This document shows, piece after piece, positions 57,155 to 64,000 of a stretch of 64,000 nucleotides of DNA. The notes below the pieces were generated by a model. The model saw nothing but the letters and a program-made list of their open reading frames with translations. It did not search any database and was not told the origin of the DNA. The stretch's first letter is position 1, and each line of letters opens with the position of its first letter. The DNA is taken from NCBI GenBank assembly GCA_020348985.1, contig CP070761.1, positions 1,107,713 through 1,171,712 of the forward strand. Direction: 5' to 3'. Position numbers and translations under genes: made by a program. The stretch comes from Candidatus Thorarchaeota archaeon. GTDB lineage: Archaea; Asgardarchaeota; Thorarchaeia; Thorarchaeales; Thorarchaeaceae.

Positions 57155-57763
57155 ATGGGACTACTCTCAATTCACGAATCAGTTGTCTGGTGGGAATACC
57201 AGCACGGTAAATCCACTGGCGATATATTCAGTGAGTATGAGAGACCCATGCCAACTCCGAAACATGTCCTTGATGTCTACGGGCGTCTAATTGACGAAAA
57301 AACAAAGAGCGATGAGGACAAGAAGAAGGAGAAGGAAAAGATTCAGACAACAGAGCTGAAGAGTGCAGCTTACGTGTCACGTGTTCTCAGCAGGGCGAAG
57401 GAAAAGATTGGCAAGGAGCTCAGTAATCATGCCAACAGCCATCGTCTTGATGTTGAGACAGTCTTGGATGACAAGGGGTACTTGAAGGGCTTCGATTATC
57501 AGGCCAATACGGAAGTATTCATCATCTTCACTTTGGATTTAGGAGTGGTAGTCTGGTACAGGCACGACTCTTATGCTGGGAAGCTCTGTCCCGACTGTCC
57601 GAAGGAAGAGGAATGTAGACAGACACTTGATACGACTCTGCTTGAATACGACTTGACGCTTAGGCCGGATCAAGAAGAGCTTCACATGACACGGCAGTCG
57701 ATTGCAATCTTCAACAAGCTTGCGGCCAAGGAAGTTCCTCGCTACAAGAGACAAGAAGAGTAA
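57155..57763 (+). CDS. Putative transcriptional regulator (sigma-70 region-4-like HTH with insertion; C-terminal Cys cluster)
   Basis: LS..E..VWW....GKST.DI ... S.AYVSRVL.RAKEKI; CPDC-x5-C. Confidence 0.55.
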   Translation: MGLLSIHESVVWWEYQHGKSTGDIFSEYERPMPTPKHVLDVYGRLIDEKTKSDEDKKKEKEKIQTTELKSAAYVSRVLSRAKEKIGKELSNHANSHRLDVETVLDDKGYLKGFDYQANTEVFIIFTLDLGVVVWYRHDSYAGKLCPDCPKEEECRQTLDTTLLEYDLTLRPDQEELHMTRQSIAIFNKLAAKEVPRYKRQEE

Positions 57764-57776
57764 TGGATGTGAGATA

Positions 57777-58526
57777 ATGAGTTCGGGATACGATGAACGA
57801 GTGATTAAGCCTCCTTTGGAGTCAGTGGCGTTTGGTAGGGTATTCAAGCCCACAGCGTCGCTTCGCAACAAGTACTGGTTTATAGCCATCATCACCGCCC
57901 TTATCATGTATTTGACGACTATTGGAACATTCTTCGGAATAATGTACATGGTCTATTCAATCAATCAGACTCTGTTTCAATGGCAGACCTGGTTCGACTC
58001 GTTCTGGGGACCAGTGAACTTCTGGTTCTGGGGAATTGCCTTGGTGATTCTGATACCTTACATTGTCGGCGTACCTATCTACCTGAACAGGTTCGAGTAC
58101 TCTGTAAGAGGCGAGTCCGGTGAAACGATGCCGGAGGTTTATGTCAAGAAGGGCATCATTAACGTAACCGTCAAGCATGTTCCTCTGAGAACGATTACCA
58201 ATATATCAACAAGGACAGGACCGTTTGACAGACTCTTCAAGATTGGCAATGTTGAGATTCACACAGCAGGGCAATCTGGCAGCTACTATGAAGCAGGAAA
58301 GCCGGAGGAAAAAATCGAGGGAATCGTGTTCTACGAAGAACTTAGAGACTACATACTTGGTGAGATGCGGAAGCTGAAGGGCACTTATGCAGTTGGAACC
58401 GAGGTACTCACACCTGATGAGACTCCTATACCTGGAAACATAGACGAAGCTATTCTCACGACGCTTCGACAGCTTCGCGACATCTTGAGAAGAATGGACG
58501 AGAAACTAGACCGAGGAGGATATTGA
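57777..58526 (+). CDS. Two-TM plus bacterial PH domain (bPH_2, YdbS-like) protein 1
   Basis: Y.V....E.YVKKGII....KHVP...ITNI....GP.DRLF.IG.V.I.TAG; start at ATG 57777. Confidence 0.88.
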   Translation: MSSGYDERVIKPPLESVAFGRVFKPTASLRNKYWFIAIITALIMYLTTIGTFFGIMYMVYSINQTLFQWQTWFDSFWGPVNFWFWGIALVILIPYIVGVPIYLNRFEYSVRGESGETMPEVYVKKGIINVTVKHVPLRTITNISTRTGPFDRLFKIGNVEIHTAGQSGSYYEAGKPEEKIEGIVFYEELRDYILGEMRKLKGTYAVGTEVLTPDETPIPGNIDEAILTTLRQLRDILRRMDEKLDRGGY

Positions 58527-58528
58527 AA

Positions 58529-58636
58529 ATGCGACCGTTGAGTAGACGCGTGCTGGCCATATTGAGCGTTATGGGCACCTTCTCGAGTCTCTTCATCTAC
58601 TTTCTACTGATTAGTCTATCAGGAGGGTTCTCATAA
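58529..58636 (+). CDS. Single-TM micropeptide A, 35 aa (MRPLSRRVLAILSVMGTFSSLFIYFLLISLSGGFS)
   Basis: GAGGAGG 9 nt upstream; stop overlaps the next start (TAATG); exactly fills the gap. Confidence 0.75.
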   Translation: MRPLSRRVLAILSVMGTFSSLFIYFLLISLSGGFS

Positions 58637-59376
58637 TGGGTAAGGAAAAGAGTAGCAAAGTAATCAAACCACCACTGGAGAGGATTGCAAGCGGGAAGGT
58701 CTTCAGACCAGCGAGAGCTTTCATCTACAAGGGATGGTTTGATGGCATCTTGGTTGCCATTGGAATTTGGTTGTTTGGAGTAGTGTGTGCGTTTGGAATC
58801 GGTTGGATTGTTGTCGTAGCAGAAGGCATTCTTGTTGAAGAATTCTGGGGAGCGGTAGCCTACTGGTGGGGACCCGCCAATTTCTGGTATTGGCTGATAA
58901 CGGCAATATGGCTGACCCCTGCGGTGATAATCTGGCCGTTCTATGTTCGAAGAATCGAATACTCTGTAATTGCAGAAAGCGGGAAAACAATGCCCGAGAT
59001 CTACGTCAGGAAAGGCATAATCACGATTACTGAGAAGCACGTTCCGTTCCGCACGATCACAAACATCTCAAGTCGCGCCGGTCCGATTGACAGGCTCTTC
59101 GGAATAGGGAGCGTGTGGATCCAGACCGCGGGATACTCAGGCGGCGCTCAGGCGGGAGCAAAACCCGAGGAGAAGTTGGAGGGCATTCACATCTTTGAGG
59201 CGGTTAGGGACTTTGTCCTCAGAGAGCTTCGTAGGTTCAGAGACCCCTATGTGACTGGAACAGAAGTCGTATCTCCAAGACCTGAAGCGGCCGTGACAGA
59301 AGGGACATCCTCGCAGGAAGAAATCCTTGGTGTTCTGAGAGAGATCAGAGATCTGCTCAGGCGCGAGAGAGAATAG
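58636..59376 (+). CDS. Two-TM plus bPH_2 protein 2 (paralogue)
   Basis: VIKPPLE..A.G.VF.P, ESG.TMPE.YV.KGII, KPEEK.EGI shared with protein 1. Confidence 0.88.
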   Translation: MGKEKSSKVIKPPLERIASGKVFRPARAFIYKGWFDGILVAIGIWLFGVVCAFGIGWIVVVAEGILVEEFWGAVAYWWGPANFWYWLITAIWLTPAVIIWPFYVRRIEYSVIAESGKTMPEIYVRKGIITITEKHVPFRTITNISSRAGPIDRLFGIGSVWIQTAGYSGGAQAGAKPEEKLEGIHIFEAVRDFVLRELRRFRDPYVTGTEVVSPRPEAAVTEGTSSQEEILGVLREIRDLLRRERE

Positions 59377-59386
59377 CAGTCTAAGA

Positions 59387-59575
59387 GTGATGAGAATGGT
59401 TTCAGCAAGCAGAGTACTGGGAATCATCCTAGTGGTCGCGGGATTCGTTCTTATCCTCTTCCGAGTTGTCGAAGCCATAGCAGGATTCCCCTTCCTCATG
59501 GAGCAATTGCTATTGGGATTCTTCGTTTTGTTGATAGGGCTATCATTGATGGGGAGACTACGTAAGATTGGATAG
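59387..59575 (+). CDS. Two-TM small membrane protein B (59-62 aa)
   Basis: Two hydrophobic helices; homologous to the N-terminal part of 59737-60006. Confidence 0.75.
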   Translation: MMRMVSASRVLGIILVVAGFVLILFRVVEAIAGFPFLMEQLLLGFFVLLIGLSLMGRLRKIG

Positions 59576-59587
59576 GAGAAATGTAAA

Positions 59588-59692
59588 TTGAGTAGCAGAA
59601 TCGTTGCGCGTTTCATTGTTTTACTGATTGGGATTATCCTGTTCGTGATTTTCCTGTTTGGGTTTTTCATGATGGGCGGATCTTTCTCGTAG
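59588..59692 (+). CDS. Single-TM micropeptide C, 34 aa (MSSRIVARFIVLLIGIILFVIFLFGFFMMGGSFS)
   Basis: AGGAG 9 nt before TTG; clear similarity to peptide G and to the C-terminus of D. Confidence 0.78.
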   Translation: MSSRIVARFIVLLIGIILFVIFLFGFFMMGGSFS

Positions 59693-59736
59693 AACTTCAT
59701 GAATGGACGTGAGTATCTGACGGGATGTGGTGACGA

Positions 59737-60006
59737 TTGGTTTTAGGAAGACGAGACCGAGGAGTCGTTTTGGCTATCGCAGGACTCTTCCTAATGTTCT
59801 TTCAGATAATCGATCTAGTCATTGGAGGGTCCTACTTCGGCGGCTTTGGACTCCTGGGAGCATTCATCTTTCTGATTGGATTGACCGTTGTCGGAAGAGC
59901 ATTGACTAGCAGAAAGGCTGCATGGTATTCTACCTTCTTCATTGGCATTGTGTTGTTTGTGTTCTTCCTAGTCGTCTACCTAATGAAGGGAGGAATGCTA
60001 CCCTAG
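59737..60006 (+). CDS. Three-TM small membrane protein D (apparent fusion of B-like and C-like units)
   Basis: GGTGA RBS; LLGAFIFLIGLTVVGR resembles B; IGIVLFVFFL...GG resembles C. Confidence 0.78.
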   Translation: MVLGRRDRGVVLAIAGLFLMFFQIIDLVIGGSYFGGFGLLGAFIFLIGLTVVGRALTSRKAAWYSTFFIGIVLFVFFLVVYLMKGGMLP

Positions 60007-60023
60007 GATAGGAGTCTGCTAGA

Positions 60024-60119
60024 ATGGTTACAGTTCAAAGAGTTGTCTTCAAAATCGCCCTCATGATTGTGGCAATTGTGCTTCTCCTGATAGGATTGTT
60101 CCTCTTTTCGATGTTCTAG
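60024..60119 (+). CDS. Single-TM micropeptide E, 31 aa (MVTVQRVVFKIALMIVAIVLLLIGLFLFSMF)
   Basis: AGGAG 9 nt upstream; R-x3-K followed by 21 mostly hydrophobic residues, like its siblings. Confidence 0.72.
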   Translation: MVTVQRVVFKIALMIVAIVLLLIGLFLFSMF

Positions 60120-60199
60120 GCGGGGTGGCCCAGTCTAGGCTCTTCAAACCCATGAGATAAAAGGGAGAGGAACGGTCTGTTTCCGGTTAGGATTCTACT

Positions 60200-61468
60200 A
60201 TGGCCATAGAGGACACACCATTCGTGTACAGAACACGATTAGACAAAAGCCTCTATGCATTCTATTACGCTACTGAGGGTTTCGCCACCACTGGAATCCT
60301 TACTTTTCTGCCCCTATACGTGAGGGATTATGTCCTTATCCCTGAGGCCCTTCTTGGGATCCTTTTGGCAATAGCAGCGATTCCAGCATTCATTAAGGTT
60401 TTCTATGGCCTTGTTAGCGATTCTAGATCCATTGGTGGGATGGGGCACAGAAGACCCTATGTACTCCTCTCAGTTCCGATGACTATTGGAGCATGGCTAC
60501 TGTTTCCATTAGTCACCGAGGCGGTTCTGTTCACTACATTGGTATTTCTTGCCTCTGTTGGATTCTCGATAGGAGACACTGCTGTTGATGCTTGGGCAGT
60601 AGAGATAACTCCAACGAAAGAGAGGGGATCAATGATGGGGATTGCTTGGGGAGCTCAGGGGATTGCTTCGGTCATGGGAGCGCTTGCAACCACCATCGTT
60701 GGACCGGCATATGGATTCACAACAGCTTTCGCCTTGCTTGGGATAGTCCAAGGATTTGGTGGAATTGTCTGGTTTGTATTCGCAAGAGAGAAGCCTATTG
60801 TGCACAGGAAGACGATCCACGGTACACTAGGATCATTGAAAGAGGAACTGAGACACAGGTATCTTTGGCTTGCATTCTTGGCCTTCATATTCGGCGGCTT
60901 TGTGTTTGGAGTGGGCTCCAATTTCATGACCTTGTTCTTTGAAGATGTTGTAGGCGCATCCGAGACAGAGATAGGAGTGTTGGTTCTTGTCTGGTCTCTG
61001 ATGTTCTTTGTGGGCGGAGCGATTGGTGGTTCAGTTTATGATAGATTCAAAGACCATCGGACAGGAATCTACACAATAGCGCCGGTCTATGCCATCTCAC
61101 TGTTCATGCTCACCCTCAATCAACATGGGGCATATGAGCTGGCATACGCGACTGCGATTTTCTACGGCCTAGGCAGCGGACTAACGACGGCAGCAGTCAT
61201 GGGGTTTGCTGCTCGGATAACACCTGCCGTTGTCACTGGAACTGTATTTGCAGTTATTACGTCTTTTGTGAACATAGGCCGGGCAGGGCTTGGGAATGTG
61301 TACTTGGGCTACATGGTGACGAACTACGACTACACACTGGCGTTCACTTTAGGAGCACTCATCGCATTTCCCATTATCTTGTTAGCTCGATTCATTGATC
61401 ACCCAAGACTTCATGAAGAGCTTGTTGAAAAACCTGCTATTGAAGAATCAACCTACGAAAATGAATAA
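60200..61468 (+). CDS. MFS transporter (AmpG/BT1-like)
   Basis: K.FYG..SD......G.RRPY, D.AVDAWAVE.....ERG, about 12 TM. Confidence 0.9.
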   Translation: MAIEDTPFVYRTRLDKSLYAFYYATEGFATTGILTFLPLYVRDYVLIPEALLGILLAIAAIPAFIKVFYGLVSDSRSIGGMGHRRPYVLLSVPMTIGAWLLFPLVTEAVLFTTLVFLASVGFSIGDTAVDAWAVEITPTKERGSMMGIAWGAQGIASVMGALATTIVGPAYGFTTAFALLGIVQGFGGIVWFVFAREKPIVHRKTIHGTLGSLKEELRHRYLWLAFLAFIFGGFVFGVGSNFMTLFFEDVVGASETEIGVLVLVWSLMFFVGGAIGGSVYDRFKDHRTGIYTIAPVYAISLFMLTLNQHGAYELAYATAIFYGLGSGLTTAAVMGFAARITPAVVTGTVFAVITSFVNIGRAGLGNVYLGYMVTNYDYTLAFTLGALIAFPIILLARFIDHPRLHEELVEKPAIEESTYENE

Positions 61469-61498
61469 CCTCAAAGGCGAGAGAGTCGTAGTTCTGCC

Positions 61499-61606
61499 AT
61501 GACACCTACGAGACTCATCCTCAAGGTCATTCTTCTGGTCTTTGTCGTTTTGCTTCTGGTAATCATCCTGTTGATTCAGTTTGGTCTTGTTCCAGGCCTT
61601 TCCTAG
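61499..61606 (+). CDS. Single-TM micropeptide F, 35 aa (MTPTRLILKVILLVFVVLLLVIILLIQFGLVPGLS)
   Basis: Same R-x3-K plus hydrophobic architecture; its TAG overlaps the RBS of G. Confidence 0.72.
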   Translation: MTPTRLILKVILLVFVVLLLVIILLIQFGLVPGLS

Positions 61607-61618
61607 GAGTGATGATAG

Positions 61619-61726
61619 ATGAGTGGGAGGATTGTCCTGAGAATCGCTGTTCTATTTCTGCTGATTCTATTACTCGCAATCTTTTTGCTTGGTTACTTTG
61701 TGCTCGGTGGAGGACTTTTTGGCTAG
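61619..61726 (+). CDS. Single-TM micropeptide G, 35 aa (MSGRIVLRIAVLFLLILLLAIFLLGYFVLGGGLFG)
   Basis: AGGAGTGA RBS; aligns without gaps with peptide C (MS.RIV.R...IFL.G.F..GG). Confidence 0.8.
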   Translation: MSGRIVLRIAVLFLLILLLAIFLLGYFVLGGGLFG

Positions 61727-61818
61727 GGGGACAGCCTTGAGGGGCTCGTTTTCCTGAAGCAAGAATGGGAGAGGCACTGTAACGGTGAGCCCAGTCTCTT
61801 CATGAATTGATTCTTGCC

Positions 61819-62667
61819 CTATCCCAGATTCATACCGAGATCGTCCACAAGCTTCTCGAAATTGCGAAGACTTTGCTGGGCATTATCTCTGTCACGAACT
61901 TCGAATACGTACTGGATTGGTGATGGAGCAATCTCAGTCAAGAAGCGAAGCGGAGGCTCGAAGTCGATTGTACCCTCACCCACTATTTGATGTGAACCAC
62001 ATCGTTCAGACCAATCGTGAATGTGTACTACAGAGACAGATCTCCTATGTTTGTGGAAAACTGTCCAATCCTTGTCCTTGATCCTGCCCGTTGAATCGTA
62101 GAGCTTTGGTATATCGACACATAGCTTTAGCCCTTCCGAAATGAGAGATTCAATCGCGTCGTGGACAAGCGGGGTCCAGTTGTGGTTCTCAAGGACAATA
62201 TCAACGTCTGGAGAGGCATAGTCTATCAATTCAAGCAAGTTTCCAACCAGTGTGTTTAGGAAGTCGCCATAGAATGCCTTCACGAACTCATCTTTCATCA
62301 TTCGTGCCTGTTTCAGGCTCGGTAAGACTCCAGCGTGGACAACGAGATTTGTACTTGAGACGCTAACACTTCGGGCAAAGTCGATGATCCTCTTCAGGTA
62401 ATGAATGATGGCTCTCTTTACTGGTGCGTACGTAGCAAAGAGACTGATATCGTCACCAGGAGCGTGAAAACCCCAACCCACTCTGAGCTCTTGGGAGAGG
62501 TCTCGCAGCTTTTTTTTCTGCTCTTGGCTGTACTTCTCTGGAGCGAAGCGAGGGACACCAATGTCAGGGACGATGGAGGTCCAGTTATTCCCAGATGCGT
62601 AGTTTAGGGCATCCTCAAGTGAGCTATCATAGACCACGTGGTAGGCCCGATTGCTTGGAAGTGGCAT
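61819..62667 (-). CDS. Sugar phosphate isomerase/epimerase (AP endonuclease 2 TIM barrel)
   Basis: FHAP..D, VVHAG, LEN, C.D, HIHD, H...GEG.IDF, FEV. Confidence 0.85.
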   Translation of the reverse strand: MPLPSNRAYHVVYDSSLEDALNYASGNNWTSIVPDIGVPRFAPEKYSQEQKKKLRDLSQELRVGWGFHAPGDDISLFATYAPVKRAIIHYLKRIIDFARSVSVSSTNLVVHAGVLPSLKQARMMKDEFVKAFYGDFLNTLVGNLLELIDYASPDVDIVLENHNWTPLVHDAIESLISEGLKLCVDIPKLYDSTGRIKDKDWTVFHKHRRSVSVVHIHDWSERCGSHQIVGEGTIDFEPPLRFLTEIAPSPIQYVFEVRDRDNAQQSLRNFEKLVDDLGMNLG

Positions 62668-62727
62668 GAGGTGTAGGAGGTCTTTACGGCGGATTATAAT
62701 CTGTTCTGAGATGAATTCGTACGTGAA

Positions 62728-63276
62728 TCAATTGGTCCCAGGCTGTTCTGGCATGTCAGTCGTCTCCCACCAAGGGACCGATTCAGGAAGACCTTCCCAG
62801 ATATCCGGCTCCTTTGGAGGGGGTATCACTCTCAAGAGAACCCATGAGAGCAGTGGAAGGACTAGAGTAGGTGCAGTGATGCTGACGTAGTAAATCGAGG
62901 GATAGAGGATGAGCGGCATCAGAGAAATGACACCTATGAGAGTAAAGGGAGTTTCGCTGGCAACTGCCGCCCATTTCACTCGTCGGATTCTGACTCTCCG
63001 TCGGTAGAGCCGCATCATCTCGTAGGCGAGCCATAATCTGAAACCAGTGAAGGGGAAGGTCTGGACTATAATGAATGGGTGGAGAATGGGAGGGCCACCC
63101 CAGCTGTAGTATACCCACAACATAGCCATGACGTTAATGGTGACTTCACCATAACCCATTATCACCACGCCTGCAGGGCCGAACAAGGCAACTACGAACA
63201 TTACAAGACCAATTACTCGTGATCTACGGATTTCTTCCGTGGTTACCACTCGGATTTCATCTCCGACTTGGCTCAA
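62728..63276 (-). CDS. Hypothetical membrane protein
   Basis: Several TM segments, P.P..L..LLR..PPP....W C-terminus. Confidence 0.65.
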   Translation of the reverse strand: MSQVGDEIRVVTTEEIRRSRVIGLVMFVVALFGPAGVVIMGYGEVTINVMAMLWVYYSWGGPPILHPFIIVQTFPFTGFRLWLAYEMMRLYRRRVRIRRVKWAAVASETPFTLIGVISLMPLILYPSIYYVSITAPTLVLPLLSWVLLRVIPPPKEPDIWEGLPESVPWWETTDMPEQPGTN

Positions 63277-63395
63277 ACGTCAACACCAGGTAACAGCTCT
63301 GGGCAAGAGGCCCTCACGTCTGCTTAAGTGGATTGCCATAATCCTAGAGATGTTCCGTCTGAGTAGGAGAATCCTTGACGTAGGGATATAGGGCA

Positions 63396-64000
63396 CTACT
63401 CTGTCCTCCGGACATAGATGATTGCAACAGCAATCACTGCCAAGAATGTGACAGCAACTGGTATGAAGAGAGAGGGAGGCGGCGTTGGGAGAGGTGATGA
63501 CATGAAATACGTATTCATGGCAGTGAAGATATCTGTATTATCGACCGTTTCAACGCTTTCATTGAAGACATCACCTTTCCAGTAGAGAGGAACGTCTGTT
63601 GCAGTGTGGTAAGTAGTGCCCCATTCGACAGTTATGTTGTTGGCGCGCTCGATTCTGAGCTGTCGATTGGCAGACTCTTCATTGGTATCGCTCGGCAAAG
63701 TGTCGCTGAGAGTGTGCCCAAGAATGGTCAGCCCCGCGGTTTCATGGTCAGCAGTGACGATCAAGACCGTGTTCGGATGGTCGCTGATGTATTCGAGAGC
63801 GGTTCCTACTGCCTTGTCAAATGCAATAAGTTCCAGTGCAGTATCAACTCGATCATGATCATGGGCAGCATGGTCTATCTTCCCCCCCTCAACGATGAGA
63901 AAGAATCCTTCAGGGTCTTGTGAGAGAATCTCAATTGATTTTGCAGTCATTTCTGAGAGGGAGGGGCTCTCATCAAAGTCTCGACCTTGTTCGAAGGGCA
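63396..64000 (-). CDS. phoA: Alkaline phosphatase, C-terminal part, membrane anchored (5' end outside window)
   Basis: PSL.EMT, GFFLIVEGGKIDHAAH, VTADHET, HT..DVP, DNTDIF; Pro-rich linker, TM, RR. Confidence 0.92.
   Translation of the reverse strand, partial: PFEQGRDFDESPSLSEMTAKSIEILSQDPEGFFLIVEGGKIDHAAHDHDRVDTALELIAFDKAVGTALEYISDHPNTVLIVTADHETAGLTILGHTLSDTLPSDTNEESANRQLRIERANNITVEWGTTYHTATDVPLYWKGDVFNESVETVDNTDIFTAMNTYFMSSPLPTPPPSLFIPVAVTFLAVIAVAIIYVRRTE

Noticed and set aside
60117-60153. Pyrrolysine readthrough or frameshift restoring a GG tail on peptide E
   Set aside because: Gly-Gly codons occur just after the TAG only in shifted frames; there is no supporting signal, and it cannot be distinguished from chance in G-rich sequence.
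58529-61726. Micropeptides as type IV pilins (class III signal peptides)
   Set aside because: No K/R-G cleavage motif before the hydrophobic stretch, no globular domain, and no pilus ATPase or TadC nearby.
1-64000. CRISPR arrays, tRNA/rRNA genes, IS elements, and the many antisense or overlapping ORFs in the track
   Set aside because: No regularly spaced repeats, cloverleaf with T-loop or transposase motifs were seen; the shadow ORFs lie opposite or within well-supported genes.

Overview
Gene-dense 64 kb archaeal genomic segment, most consistent with an Asgard archaeon, probably Thorarchaeia. This is inferred from gene content and style: a Tat-less reductive dehalogenase, a stand-alone LRR protein, NosD, BNR and DUF362 surface proteins with C-terminal TM+basic anchors, GGTGA/AGGAG ribosome-binding sites and TATA-box promoters. 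I recognised no rRNA, tRNA, CRISPR array or mobile element. Most of the window is metabolic: URO-D-like methyltransferases, msrA, amidohydrolase, an enolase-family enzyme, a C-Ala-less alaS, PiT phosphate transport, a cytosine-to-acetyl-CoA reductive pyrimidine catabolic cluster lacking preT, acyl-CoA dehydrogenase with a Zn-ferredoxin, rdhA and alkaline phosphatase. The most striking feature is largely missed by the ORF track and spans about 51-61.7 kb. A divergent promoter with repeated operators drives, leftward, an ABC ATPase and a permease, followed by a membrane-anchored C39/papain-like peptidase and a paralogous permease. Rightward it drives a regulator, two bacterial-PH (bPH_2) membrane proteins, an MFS transporter and an array of five related 31-35 aa single-TM micropeptides plus two 2-3 TM relatives, most with their own RBS and several ending in a Gly-Gly tail. 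The layout recalls leaderless-bacteriocin export loci and may be an undescribed archaeal peptide export, antagonism or signalling system. Other highlights are a ~330 nt highly structured orphan RNA candidate (about 9950-10285), a small basic Zn-binding ribosomal-protein-like ORF with leader hairpins, a Zn-finger/Regnase-type NYN nuclease, and a gene with an in-frame TGA and an ATA start.
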